From the NCBI GenBank assembly GCA_949358305.1, contig OX442314.1, positions 32,488,001 to 32,552,000 on the forward strand: 64,000 bases of DNA, given 5' to 3'. A program made the position numbers and the translations under genes. The stretch is from Strigamia acuminata. Its lineage: Eukaryota. Of this stretch, positions 12,401 through 25,348 are shown piece by piece; position 1 is the stretch's first letter; the number at the start of each line of letters is the position of its first letter. Below the pieces are notes generated by a model. It was not told the DNA's origin, did no database searches, and saw only the letters and a program-made list of their open reading frames with translations.

Positions 12401-14734
12401 GAATCAATTACCCTTTATAATCTCTTTTACCCGCAACAATGGTTTAACAAAGGGACTCATGTTTAGCTTTAATTATTCAAGTCAGAAATCTAGTTTACAG
12501 ATATCTGGCATTTAACTTAAACTCATAAAATAATTATCACTTACATGCTTTTGTTCAATACAAACAATATGTCTTACCTCTATCTTAATTCTAAAATAAA
12601 TAACATAAATGAAAATAATTTACGTTACTGTATTATCATAACATAACTTACAAGTTAGGCATATGTCTAAGTTATGTTATGATGATAACTAGCTCATGCC
12701 TGTCCATTCACTAGAAGGCAGTTGCTAGTTTGGGAACTCCAGAAGAACTGACCTTAATGGGAAATTTCTGTTACTAACAAGTTAACTCCTATTCCCCCTG
12801 TTAACTTCAATAGCTCAAACCGGTTACGTCCCAGTGGCAAACGCCATCTGTTGAGCTTTTATTGCACTGTTCCAGCTGAAATGAAGTGCAGAAGCCACCC
12901 AATTCACGGTATCGCTTAAACATGAGACAAAATCATTTTCTCTAGAAATTCTGTTGTGATTGATTTTAATCCAAAGAAATTGCACACTTTAATGGATCTC
13001 CATCATTTTAGCGACGCTCATTTTAGCGAAAAAGTCCCATTTTAGCGAACATGTCATTTTAGCGACACAAAAACCTAGGTTTAATTCCTAAGAAGGGCTA
13101 ACAAGGGGGGGCGCAGCCCCCCCTTGACCCCCCGCGAACCTAACCTTACTGGTTTTTTGATGAAAACCACTTTTTTATCGTGTCGCGTCGCTAAAACCTT
13201 GGTTTTTGTGCCGCTAAAATGACATGTTCGCTAAAATGGGACTTTTTCGCTAAAATGAGCGTCGCTAAAATGACGCTAACCGACTTTAATATATGTTAAC
13301 ACACAACATTTTTCAGAATTCATTTTTTATTCAACTTGCCTATTCCTTTTATCAGCAATATGACTTCGTCAGAATCATGTTTGGAATAAGTACAGAACGT
13401 GTGCTGAATTTCGACTTTGTCAATTATCCGATCGACAGAGACACATTTGCATTCGTCATACGAGAGGACAGTGTCATCAAAGAATACTTATGGTTGACAT
13501 TTTTCAAACCGTTTTCTATGGTTGTTTGGTTGTGTATTTTAGCTACTTATTTCTTGATCGCGCTATCTCTTGCTTTGATCACCCAATACCGCAAAAGCAA
13601 ACCCTCAACTTCAGGTAAATACACTTCAAAAGATTACTAATCAATTTACAAGCAATAATACTTTTATTGTACATCAAAGGTTATACTATTACTGGAACGG
13701 AAAACTTGTTTCGTTTGCTAATTATTTCAAGCTACAGTGTGGTACTATATGCATCACTCACTGTTACAACATCACGCCTGCAATACAACAGCATTCAAGA
13801 CGTATTGTTAGACGACAGAGTCAACCTTTACGCTTTTGGAGTGCGGTTCCCTTACAAGCTTATTAAGGTAATGGACTAATGGATAGAAATGTCAAAACAC
13901 CTCCTGACTTCAATTGTTACACTATTTAAATATCAAAAGGTGCCTGTTAAACTTACTTATGCGGTTAAGAATACAATCTTTTTATGCTTTTTTTTTGGAA
14001 TTGTGTACCCAGGTAGGTAGAGTTTAGTACAGACCAACAAATGAAAGTGTATGGATTTGGAATTTGTAGGTGATACTTGTAATTGCATAGTGTGTTCTTA
14101 TTTTTCTATGGCAGAAGGCAGAAACAAATCTTACACGGGAAATTTGGCATCGGATGGAAAAAGGTCCCGGTGAAGGAAACATTTCCTTGACTGATGGTCC
14201 AAAACTACTTTTGAAGAACAAAAATGCCATCATCCACTTGTACAATATCCTCAAACAGATGTACGGACAAAACTGTATGTTTAGTTTTATAAAAATTCCC
14301 ATTGGGGATCGTTCAACTTATTTCATGTTTAATAAAAAATCCAAATATGTTGAGTTATTTAATCAGAAGTGAGTACTGTAGTAGTAAATTTGTAAAGGTT
14401 TTAAAATTCAACTTCAATTGTACGTTTTAGCATTTTGAACCTAAACGAAAAAGGAATCGTAAACAGACTCGACGATAAATACAAAACATCAACATTTTGC
14501 GAAACAGGAAATTATGACTGCAAACCCATCTCTATGTACCACACAATCACCGCATTTCTGATTTTAATTGGAGGAACTTTCTGCTCTGGAATTATATTTT
14601 TCGTGGAATTTCTTTATCGGAACAAGTTTGAAACTGACAGTGTGCGCACAAATTCACAACCACCTGTTATCGTAGCAACTGAGAGCGTAGAAGCTGAAGC
14701 TGACTCATGTCATGTCTTAGTTTCAGCAAGTTAA
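9420..14734 (+). CDS. Divergent IR gene, tandem copy 2
   Basis: Same exon series as copy 1: S1/M1 exon 13356-13614, M3 exon from 13680, last exon ending at 14734. Splice sites and frames of the 3' exons are conserved. Middle exons unresolved. Confidence 0.8.
11729..12222. mobile_element. MITE with 3-bp TAA TSD (PIF/Harbinger-like)
   Basis: ~31-bp TIR TAGAGAGTTTGCGGGATGCATTTTTCCCTTA, flanked by TAA on both sides. Absent from the other units. Confidence 0.7.
12994..13282. mobile_element. Foldback MITE with 8-bp TSD (Merlin- or Mutator-like)
   Basis: ACTTTAAT duplicated (12986-12993 / 13283-13290). Long inverted arms built of CATTTTAGCGA repeats. Empty site in copies 1, 3 and 4. Confidence 0.7.
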
Positions 14735-14916
14735 ACTCTTAATAAAGCAACATTATTGGCCTACACTTACTCAAATATAAAATAATAAATATTTTGACTG
14801 TATTGGGTAGTTTCTACACCACATTTAGCAACTGCTTTTGCACACATGAACAGAAACATCACACGGATGCTTCACAACATTGCTACTTGAGTGACATTTT
14901 TACATTTTTAGATCTA

Positions 14917-15544
14917 TACTCGAGTTGCACTCAAAAAGGGACCTCACAATGTGTGCTGCCATTGGTCGAGCCAGTTTACTACTAACTCCTGACTATTAGG
15001 AGAAGTAGTTTTGTTTTTTATTTATTGTTGTGATTGTTTTGACTAATTTAGTTTGTTATTTTGATTTTACTTAATAAAAAATGTTATTTCCATCATTAAA
15101 ATGAAGTTTCACACATTAAAAAATGTCAAACTCATGTTTGTTGTGTTTATTGCTTACATCGTCTGGATAAAAAAAAATTTAAGAATTATTTATTGGTTAA
15201 TTCAGTCTGGATCGTAAACAACTTTTTTATTACTTATTGGTTACTTTGTCCAGAAGCAGAATATAAAGCAGAAATAGCAGAAATATACCAGAAATATACC
15301 AGAATATAGCAGAAATAAAATTGTGTAGTTTAAGTCGTTTTAACTCGCCTGGTTTCCAAAATTTGGGTCTGAAAGGCAACAGATCTTGCTTCAACTTGTG
15401 GGCAGCCATCTTTGTTTAGCCTTGACAATGCAGACATTGTAATCGATGAGCTTGGGTCTACTTTTGTGGCTCACTACACCAGTAAACTGGCTCGACCAAT
15501 GGGAGCACACATTGTGAGGTCCCTTTTTGAGTGCAACTCGAGTA
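14917..15544. mobile_element. MITE inserted at TA (Tc1/mariner-like)
   Basis: ~40-bp TIR TACTCGAGTTGCACTCAAAAAGGGACCTCACAATGTGTGC. Other units show the empty site TAGATCTAGA. A degenerate relative ends near 60000. Confidence 0.7.
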
Positions 15545-16054
15545 CAGAATCAGACCTGTTAGAAATTAAAATTTTGTTTGGTTATCGGTCAATAAAATAT
15601 ATTGTACTCCCCTAATCTGTGTTCTCGGAGCTCATTTCTACTGAATCGGTTAGGCCAATTTAGTTCATGAAAAGTTAATGAAAATTGTCAATTCCATTTG
15701 GTGAAACCATAATGGTGAAACCGACATGAACCAAGATGACGCTAAAACCAGCATGAAACTATGAGACTACCAAAAGTTTTAGTAAGTGAGAAGAGTAGCC
15801 GAAAAGAGGAAATTAGTTTTTGTACTTTTTTTATTGTGCAGTTTTCGTATGGCGAGAAATGAACTTGAAAAAATGCTTGAATGTGGAGCGTATTTGACGG
15901 AGTTTAGTTATTTCTTCGCCAGACGGCGACACTCGGTTGAACTACACGACAACATGGATGCAGCGAGATCAAGATCGACGAGTTCAACTTGCCGGAAACA
16001 GTAATGATTGTTCAAAGAAACTGGATCAAACATTTCCTTATATGATGAAATATT

Positions 16055-16259
16055 GGCAGAATGACGGTTTACGGGCGACCCGAAAAAGAAGTGGTTTGCA
16101 TAAAAAAACCAGCAAGGTGAGGTTCGCGGGGGGGTCAAGGGGGGGCGCAGCCCCCCCATTGTTAGCCCTTCTTGGGGTTTTAATTTTTAATTTTTTCTTT
16201 AATTTGAACTGAATTTAATAAACTTGATTTTCGGGTCGCCCGTAAACCGTCATTCTACC
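16055..16259. mobile_element. MITE with 8-bp TSD and GG..CC ends (Merlin-like)
   Basis: GAAATATT duplicated (16047-16054 / 16260-16267). 32-bp TIR GG(C/T)AGAATGACGGTTTACGGGCGACCCGAAAA. Confidence 0.7.
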
Positions 16260-17179
16260 GAAATATTCCGTGTTTTAGATTGACTGAGCTGCGTAGAATA
16301 CATTTCAAGTCTCACGTGGCATTCAACCGAAGGAAGGGTTTAAAGCTCGGTCGATTGAAATGACGTGTTAAAATGCAACTTGTGCTGATTGCTCGGGTAA
16401 GCAACAAAATTGATACGAAATCAAACATTATTCACAAATTTCAGACTTTGGTCGTTTTTAATGACCAGTGAAAATCAGAGCTGGATTTAAGTATTGCCAG
16501 GCCGAATGCTGCGACAAATATGTCGTGAATAAGTATAGTCTATCGAATTACACAGAAACTTGAGTTGATTTTGAGAACTGCACACCGTTTTTTCCGTGGG
16601 TTTCCAATATGATTCCTTTGTGGCTTTCATTTCCTTCCTCGTCTCGATTAGACGTGAAAATAGACGGGTATTGTGACGAGACAAACTCAATTCCATCAAC
16701 ATCAGCATGTCGCCATGCAGTGACGAATACTCTTTATCGTCATCAATTTTTTAGTTGAAGCAAACGGTTTCCGCTTTGCGCATGGCAATTGGTGATGGCG
16801 CACGTAGCACGCACTAACAACAGAAACTTTGACGCGCCTATTATCCCACGTAAAATGAAAATGAACATTTGTTTAAATCAATAACATGCCAAGCAAGAAT
16901 ACAACTTACACAAAATCCACCCCTCGCTGGGCCCTTTAAAAAAAGAAGAAAACGTCAATTCAATTTCCACTCCTCGTGGTTTAAGTAAGAAATTTTCTGC
17001 CTGCATCTCGCGTTTGTAACTTCAAAGGCATATATTTCCATCCGTTCGATGTGTTAGTCCTTGGAACCGCCTTGAAGCCACTGCTTTGCACACCGCTGTG
17101 TATTTCTGCTGATTTTCTAACAACATTATACGAAGCTAATGGTCAGATAAATGCTGTATGTATACCGCATTGAGATATA

Positions 17180-17833
17180 AAGGGTGTCCCAAAAAGAACG
17201 CAAGATTTGAATTTGCTGCCATTTGTGCAGTAAATTTTTGGCAACCCTGAAATAACAACAGTTTGACAGCTGAGAGGTTAGGGTTAGGTTTAGGATTAAT
17301 GAAAATGAAGTGTTACACGATACAACAACATGTTTAGGCTTAGTAAAAATGGAGCGTTACACAAGACAACAACGCGGTTTCATTATTGAACAATATATCA
17401 AAAATAACGCATGATTTGAATTAAATAAAAAACACAGTTTTTATTCTTTGAACGGCTTGTTTTTGGACGACCCATGATTTTAGCGTCTCCAACTGATCCA
17501 GTCTCCCTGAATTTTTCAATTAATCTCTTCACAGTTGACGAAGTTAAAACACTATTCCGACCATATTTTGTATGAAATTTTCGAACTGTGGTTGCCAAAC
17601 TTTTATTATTTTTGAGATATTGTTCAATAATGAAACCGCGTTGTTGTCTTGTGTAACGCTCCATTTTTACTAAGCCTAAACATGTTGTTGTATCGTGTAA
17701 CACTTCATTTTCATTAATCCTAAACCTAACCCTAACCTCTCAGCTGTCAAACTGTTGTTATTTCAGGGTTGCCAAAAATTTACTGCACAAATGGCAGCAA
17801 ATTCAAATCTTGCGTTCTTTTTGGGACACCCTT
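17180..17833 (-). mobile_element. Foldback derivative of a Tc1/mariner element with an N-terminal transposase fragment
   Basis: TA TSD, with the empty site at ~8580. Inverted arms of ~220 bp. The - strand ORF MERYTRQQRGFIIEQY...RLIEKFRETGSVGD..GRPKTSR resembles the DUF4817-type HTH of rosa/DD41D-like transposases. No catalytic domain. Confidence 0.8.
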
Positions 17834-19165
17834 TATAATCCGAGAGACGTTCTGTCTTGCATTCCGTTCCAGGAGACTTAATACAATTTAAGTTGAACAC
17901 AATAATGTCACCTCGTACTTGTTTATTATTTTTTAAAAAGAATATTTGCACACACTACAAATGCATGGATATCAAATTCCGAAATTGATAACTAATAATT
18001 ATTAGAAATTAATTGGGAACCGCATGCTGAAAATATGTCACTATCTTCAGAGATAAACGTGCCATGCACTTTTGGGTTGACCGCTGGACACGCGTACGTC
18101 GTGTGTGAGTGCAAAATAAACGTTTTTACCAGTTTAAACAAGATGAATTGTCTTTCATCATTGAAAATTGCCAACAAAGGGTTATTGGCACCAACACGTC
18201 CAGTTGCGTGGGTTTTTAGTCTCAACGTAAGTCAAATTCGGGCATTTTCAGACACCAAACCGCCGACCTGACCACGAGGCGTTAGGCCTAATCAAAATTG
18301 AGAAGAATTGGTGGTAATTCATAAAAAAGACCTAGGAAATGACGGACCAGCAAACTGGGCAGCGGCGGGCATCAGACGTGCATGGCGTGGCAAGGACGAG
18401 AAGGCTATGAATGCAATTCGTATTTTAGCATTTCTTCATCACTCATACCGAAGTTGTCATTTTCATATCCTATATGAGTACAGTACACCGCAGGATGATG
18501 CTCATGATGCTGTGCTGATGATTCGACGATGCTGTAGGTATTAAGGCGTTTTGGCTTCTGGTTCTGTTGAATTCCAGTGTTGTAGTGGAGGGTATACGCA
18601 ATGTCGTTTAGTGATTGTTGCAGTGGTATTACAAAGTGTGCTTTTCCTTTTTAATTGGTTCGGTTGGAAACGTGTAGAAAAGACAGTAGTCTTTATGTTT
18701 ACTTATTACCGGAAAAATATGCCTGCAAGTAAAAACATTGTACAGTACATCGATACATATTAATTTTTAATGATGAATATTTCAAGTTGTGAATATGGGG
18801 TCGTGGCAACCTTTCGCTGTACAACTGAACTGGAATTGAGATCCGTTCAACGTCATTATTCTACGTCATTTCTGCGGCAACGAAAATCGTTTCAGCTGTG
18901 TTGTTTTTCTTATCCAGCGCATAGAAAAGCGACAAAAGAAAATAATCTCATTAGTGGACCTGCCCCCTCAAGGTTCTGTCAGCTGGCCAAGGCCTTGGAC
19001 TGTCACGACACGTTTGCAAGTGTAGATACCACATTTCAATCAATACAGTAATCTGGGCAACAGTCGCCAAAGCAAATCTCCAACAAAAGAATAATTAACA
19101 TAGCGTGGTCGTGTGTTTTGTATCGTGTATGTTGTGATTAACGATCAGACGGGACAACTTGGAGA

Positions 19166-22100
19166 ATGAACGTTCTAAGAGTTCTAAGAGTTTGTTTCGT
19201 TTGTTTCTTTTCTGGATTTATCGGCATTTCAAACAGTAATCTTTTGAGAATTATATAAATTGAAAATTCTTAAGCAATTTTAAAAAAATTATGGCAACTA
19301 AACAGGGTATGTGTACATTTATCTTTAATTTTAGCAGGGGAAGACACTTCTTTAGCTGACTCATCCTTTGCTGACTATAATGAACTCGATTTTCATTTAT
19401 CTAAAATTGTACAAATCACAAACACGAGAAGAATACACATTATTTATTATCAAGATGATTATGGTTAGTAAAAATCCCAAATTTTATTTAGGTTTATGTA
19501 TTTATTTATCTTCTGTTCCTATTTTAGTTTCAAACTGTTTGACGAAATTAACCCGTTACAATTGGATTGGAAAAATTCAAATGTCCGCACAACGATTCAG
19601 TAATGCGTCATTAGATTTCGATTATACTTCTTTCCAGCTGATTCTCATTTGGATAGAAAGTTTTGAGCAGGTAAACATCTAATCACCATTCTAGTTATAT
19701 TTCTCGACCGACTGCCAGGAATGCTTGTTGGTCTTGACAGCACTTCTTTCTAGTTCTAATTCTAACAGTACAGTACACACTTGTTTTACATTTTAAAATA
19801 AATCTTTATTTCAGCTTGCCCAGTATTCTTTCTCATCAATTGAAAAACAAAGTGTTGATATTTGTCTTCAAAGAAACACGTGGAACTGCAAATCCTAAGC
19901 ATGATTTAGATTTGTCCTTATTACAGGATCTCATCATATGGAGACAGAATAAAGTTTACTTATTCACGTATGCTGAACACAGTAATGTATGAGTCAATAG
20001 TTAAAGTATTATTAACATTATGTTTGCAGAATGTTCATTTTGTTCTTAATTAACACCGTTTATTTCAACACATCTAAAAGTACAAATCTGCTCGTTCAAA
20101 ACGATACAGGGTCATTAATTGATGACACCAAAATGAAAACCACTGTTACAGATTAAAGATTGTTGCAATTTTTGTCTATAAAGATTCAATATATTTGATT
20201 TTTAAAATATATTAACTATATAATTTAAAATAAGGAAGTTTATTTATACTGTGCATATTTTTTTAAATCTGATATTACAGAATTTTAGCTTGCAGTTATT
20301 GAAACATCAATCTGAGGGGAACATTTTCCAAACAACCAACTTAGGGATAAATTGTGCGGAGCAACAAAAATGTCAATTTGAAAAGATTTCTCAAACACCA
20401 GTGATTCTGAAAAAACAAAATTTTACTGTAGCCAAGGTAAAGCATGCAACTACAATTGAAATAGTAATTACAAATAATATTGCATGGCAGATTTATGGGG
20501 ACAACTAATAGGGAGGAGGTAAAGCTGAATGGTGCGAGTGTATTACGAAACGTCCAGTGTAAATCTCCCCAGCACAGAAAGCAGTTGTGGATGGGTCTTC
20601 CACAGAGGAAAACCAATGTTCACTAGGGGTGGACTTTTCTAGAGAAAACAAAGACAATCCAACTCCCCTCTGTAATTTGACCCTATCCATTTTTGTCAAT
20701 GCCTATGGTCTACCGGTTTGACCAGGGCCGTTTCGACCTATGAGGCGAAGAGGCGGCCGCCAGGTGGCCATGCCGTGGTAAGTAACTTTACTAAGGCATG
20801 GCCACCTGGCGGCCGCCTCTTCGCCTCATAGGTCGAAACGGCCCTGGGTTTGACGGCATGATCTTATCTATGGCAACTTGGGGACGAGTTACCATGGGGT
20901 AGGACGCATGCTCATGTAAATAAAGATAGGGACTCCAGATTGTAGGGTGATTGGCCTTTATTAATTTGTTTGTCTAGGGGTCGGTCTCCCATCTACTCAT
21001 GTGCTTGCTGTGCCGTGAAGACACGCCACACCAGCAACCGGCCCGTCACGCACAGGGAGGGATCCCCATGTATAACGTGGTCAGTTGGCCTTAATTATTC
21101 CGCCGTTTTTACCCATACGGCCTATGCAAGTACACTCCTATCCCATACTTGCCCAAAGCAAAATTAATAACCAAAAAAGAAAATAGTGAAAACGATAATC
21201 GAACACAAGTTAACTACGAAATCTTCTTGATTTTTATAGCTTGAAATAAAACCGAAATACGGTTTTCAATTAAAACTTTTCGAAATGCTTGATCACGTAT
21301 TGGAGAAATTCAGTAACATTTGGTAAAGTTTTTGTTGCTTGGTAAACTATACTTTCAGTTGGTTGACAAAACCCTTTCTACATTTCTAGCTCAATAGTAA
21401 ATATTACCATTAAGCTTGACAATAATATGGTTACAAATCTGAAGAAGAAAGTAAGTGTGTTAATTAAAACGTTGTGATATTAGTAAGTTTGCACAAGGTT
21501 ACTATTCCTTATATGGTTTGTAAATTGCGCTGCATTTGAGCGACGTCGCTCTTTTCAGCGTCGCTATTCTGGTGTTTTCCGATTTGTAAGACTATACAGG
21601 ATAGCTACAAGTACAGTCGATTCCATTAAGTTGAGCAAATTTATTTTGTCACAATTATAAACGAGAAAAAAAGCAAACAAAATGGCTTGGCAGATTGAAA
21701 TCTGAATAAAGAATCAATTACCGTTTATAATCAATCCTTCCCGCAACAACGGTTTAACAAAGGGACTCATGTTTAGGAAATTAACTTAAAGGTCATGGGA
21801 AGAGAAATGAAAATTTTCTCTCAAGTGTTTGAAATAGCCTAAAAAAAGGTTATGTACCCACTTTAGTTGACAAACTTACGTGGTATTGTTTAAAACCGCT
21901 GTTTAAATTCGAACCGAACAGTAATTGTTCCGCCATTACGATTTTCCAAAGTTTATACATACCGCCACTAGGCGGCATTATTTTTACGTCATCGACGACA
22001 AACAAGCACGGGAATTCCAGCACCAATTTGCGATTTCAGCATGTTTTTTAGTGAAAATTACCAGAAAAATAGAAAATTACAGCAAATAACAAAAAATCAC

Positions 22101-25100
22101 AGCAAATAATCAAAAATACCAGCAACCAAAAATTTTAAAAAAAATTAAAAAAAATAAAAATAGCCGAAAATTACCAAAATAACCAATAGTACCACCAAAT
22201 AACAACAAAAAAATACCGAAAATAACAGAAAATCATCAAAAATTACCAAAAAAATAGGAAAGAACAGCTAATAACAAAAAAATTAGGCACGTGCAATTCC
22301 AAATTGCCAAAATCCGATTTCAAAAACTTGATTACAGAATCGGTTTTTAACTTTGAACGAGTTAAAAACCGATACTATAATCAAGTTTTTGATTTTCTAT
22401 TGAAATTATTATTTATTTATTTATTTATTTAAGACTGAGAATCGACCAAACACCGCCCGCATTTGTGCGATCGAATGCGGCGGGTGTTTGGCCGCATTCG
22501 ATCGCGCAAATGCAGCCAAACACATGCCGCATTTGTGCGATCGAATGCAGCCAAACACCCGCCGTATTCGATCGCACAAATACGGCGGGTGTTTGGCTGT
22601 ATTCGATCGCGCAAATGCGGGAGGTGTAAAAATCGTTCGGTACTGTGTTATATAAAAAAAATTTCCGAGGTTGGCACCTCTAAAAGCCATATTTTATTGC
22701 CAAAATATGCTGGTACCAGTTATTTTTTAAAATTTCCCGGGGGTCGGAACTTCTAAAATAAATGTTTTTTGGCCTAAAATTGGCTGGCAACAATTGAATC
22801 AATGTGAGTAACACTACTTCGAATGTATGTGGTGTTGTTGTTTTCAAATCATGTCGTCGATGATGTAGAAATCCCACAATGCATTGCACAAAATGGTTCC
22901 CTTTTTGAAATGGTAAAAACAAGATTTCATTGTTTAAAACAACAAATACTTTATTATTTCTTAAGTTTGTCAAGGAAAGTGGGTACATAACCTTTTTTTA
23001 GGCTATTTCAAACACTTGAGAGAAAATTTTCATTTCTCTTCCCATGACCTTTAAGCTTTAATTATTCAAGTCGGAAATCTAGTTTCCATATATCTGGCAT
23101 TTAACTCATAAAATAATTATCACTTACATGCTTTAGTTCAATATAAACTATATGTCTTACCTCTATCTTAATTCTAAAATAAATAACATAAATGAAAATA
23201 ATTTAAGTTTTTATCATAACACAACTTACAAGTTAGGCATATGTCTAAGTTATGTTATGATAATAACTGAGCTCATCCCTGTCCATGCACTAGAAAGCAG
23301 TTGCTAGTTTGGGAACTCTAGAAGAACTGACCTTAATGGGAAGCTTCTGTTACTAACAAGTTAACTCCTATTCTCCCTGTTAGCTTCAATAGCTTAAACC
23401 GATTATACCACAGTGGCAAACGCCATCTGTTGAGCTTTTATTGAACTGTACCAGCTGAAATGAAGTGCAGAAGCAAGCCGATTCACGGTATCGCTTAAAC
23501 ACGAGACAAAATCATTTTCTCTAGAAATTCTGTATGTAATTGATTTTAATCCAAAGAAATTGCACACTTTAATTTATGTTAACACACAACATTTTTCAGA
23601 ATTTATTTTTTATTCAACTTGCCTATTCTTTTATCAGCAATATGACATCGTCAGAACGATGTTTGGAATGAGTACAGAACGTGTCCTGAATTTCGACTTC
23701 GTCAATTTTCCGACCTTTAGAGACACATTTGCATTCGTCATACGAGAGGACAGTGTCATCAAAGAATACTTATGGTTGACATTTTTCAAACCGTTTTCTA
23801 TGGTTGTTTGGTTGTGTATTTTAGCTACTTATTTGATCATTGCGCTATCTGTTGCTTCGATCACCCAAAACCACAAAAGCAAACCCTCAACTTCGGGTAA
23901 AGACACTTCAATGAGATTACTAACCAATTTACAAGTCATGTTTACCATCAATTACAAATAATTTTTTTTGTACGTTAAAGCTTATACTATTACTGGAACG
24001 GAAAACTTGTTTCGTTTGCTAATCATTTCAAGCTACAGTGTGGTACTATATGCATCACTCACTGTTACAACATCACGCCTGCAATACAACAGCATTCAAG
24101 ACGTATTGTTAGACGACCGAGTTAACCTTTACGCTTTTGGAGTGTTGTTTCCTTACAAGCTTATTAAGGTAATGGATGGAAATGTCAAAACACCTCCTGA
24201 CCAGTGTTTTTCATTGGCGAAAAAACTGTACCCGTTACCCACCCGTTACCCGTCTCCAAAAAAATTGTCTACCCGTACCCGCTCGTACCCGACCTGTACC
24301 CGTCCCGTACCCCGGCGTTAACGTCATAAAATAAATATGTACGCTGTACGTTGTACGACAAAACGTGTCGTACATATTTACATTTTGCACGACAACGCGT
24401 ACCCGCGCGTACCCGTGAGACCTGTACCCGTACCCGCCCGTACCCTACGGTCACGGGCGGGTACGGGTATGGGTACGGGTACGGGTACCCAATGAAAAAC
24501 TCTGCTCCTGACTTCAATTGTTACACTATTAAAATATCAAAAGGTACCTTTTAAACATACTTACTGTGTGCGGTTCAGAATGCAATCTTTTTATGCCTTT
24601 TTTTGGTTGGAATTGTGCAGCCAGGTACATAAAGTTTAGTACAGATCAACAAATGAAAGTGTATGGATTTGGAATTTGTAGGTGGTACTTGTAATTGCGT
24701 AGTGTGTTCTTATTTTTCTATGGCAGAAGGCAGAAACAAATCTTACACGGGAAATTTTGCATCGGATGGAAAAAAGTCCCGGAGAAGGAAAAGTTTCCTC
24801 CACTGAAGGTCTAAAACTACTTTCAAAGAACAAAAATGCCATCATCGACACGTACAATGTCCTCAAAGAGAAGTACGGACAAAACTGTACGTTTAGTTTT
24901 ATAAAAATTCCCATTGGGGATATTTCAGGTTATTACATGTTTAATAAAAAATCCAAATATGTTGAGTTATTTAATCAGAAGTGAGTACTGTAGTAGTAAA
25001 TTTGTAAAGGTTTTAAAATTCAACTTCAATTATATACGTTTTAGCATTTTGAACCTAAACGAAAAAGGAATCGTAAACAGACTCGACGATAAATACAAAA

Positions 25101-25348
25101 CATCAACATTTTGCCAGACAAGAAATTATGACTGCAAACCCATCTCTATTTACCACACAATCACCGCATTTCTGATTTTAATTGGAGGAGTTTTCTGCTC
25201 TGGAATTATATTTCTCGTGGAATTTCTTTATCGGAACAAGTTTGAAACTGGCAGTGTGCCCACAAATCCAAATCCACCTGTTATCGTAACAACTGAGAGC
25301 GTAGAAGCTGAAGCAGACTCATCTCATGTCTTAGCTGCAGCAAGTTAA
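19166..25348 (+). CDS. Divergent IR gene, tandem copy 3 (possible frameshift)
   Basis: Same exon series, with intact 3' exons. One extra A at ~19843-19847 (GAAAAAC vs GAAAAC in the other copies) shifts the frame of an early exon; this is either a pseudogene lesion or a homopolymer error. Confidence 0.7.
20723..20846. mobile_element. hAT-type palindromic MITE (124 bp)
   Basis: CAG...CTG ends, perfect 52-bp inverted arms, 8-bp TSD GGTTTGAC (20715-20722 / 20847-20854). Confidence 0.85.
21790..23050. mobile_element. Non-autonomous TTAA-targeting DNA transposon (Kolobok-like)
   Basis: TTAA on both sides and a ~70-bp TIR beginning AGGTCATGGGAAGAG. The purine-purine start fits Kolobok rather than piggyBac (CCC). 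Empty site in copy 4 (~62012). Confidence 0.75.
22446..22622. repeat. Array of alternating inverted repeats (GCATTTGTGCGATCGAATGC / CCAAACAC units)
   Basis: Several direct and inverted copies are visible, nested inside the TTAA element. Confidence 0.75.
24202..24504. mobile_element. hAT MITE with (TACCCG)n subterminal repeats
   Basis: CAG...CTG ends, 8-bp TSD CTCCTGAC (24194-24201 / 24505-24512), TACCCG/CGGGTA arrays at both ends. Lies in an IR intron; empty in the other copies. Confidence 0.85.

Noticed and set aside
17275..17296. TTAGG/TTAGGG telomere-like repeats
   Set aside because: Only three or four degenerate units inside a transposon arm; not a telomere.
17980..18547. ~570-bp segment unique to the spacer before copy 3
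   Set aside because: No TIR, TSD or recognisable coding motif found, so it cannot be classified.
21524..21582. 59-bp insertion flanked by a TTTGTAA duplication
   Set aside because: Too short to classify; could be a truncated retroposon or repair filler.
22421..22756. CRISPR-like appearance and repetitive ORFs
   Set aside because: Eukaryotic context, repeats alternate in orientation with no unique spacers, and there are no cas genes.
24269..24554. YPYPYP/GYGYG ORFs
   Set aside because: Translations of the (TACCCG)n subterminal repeats of a hAT MITE.
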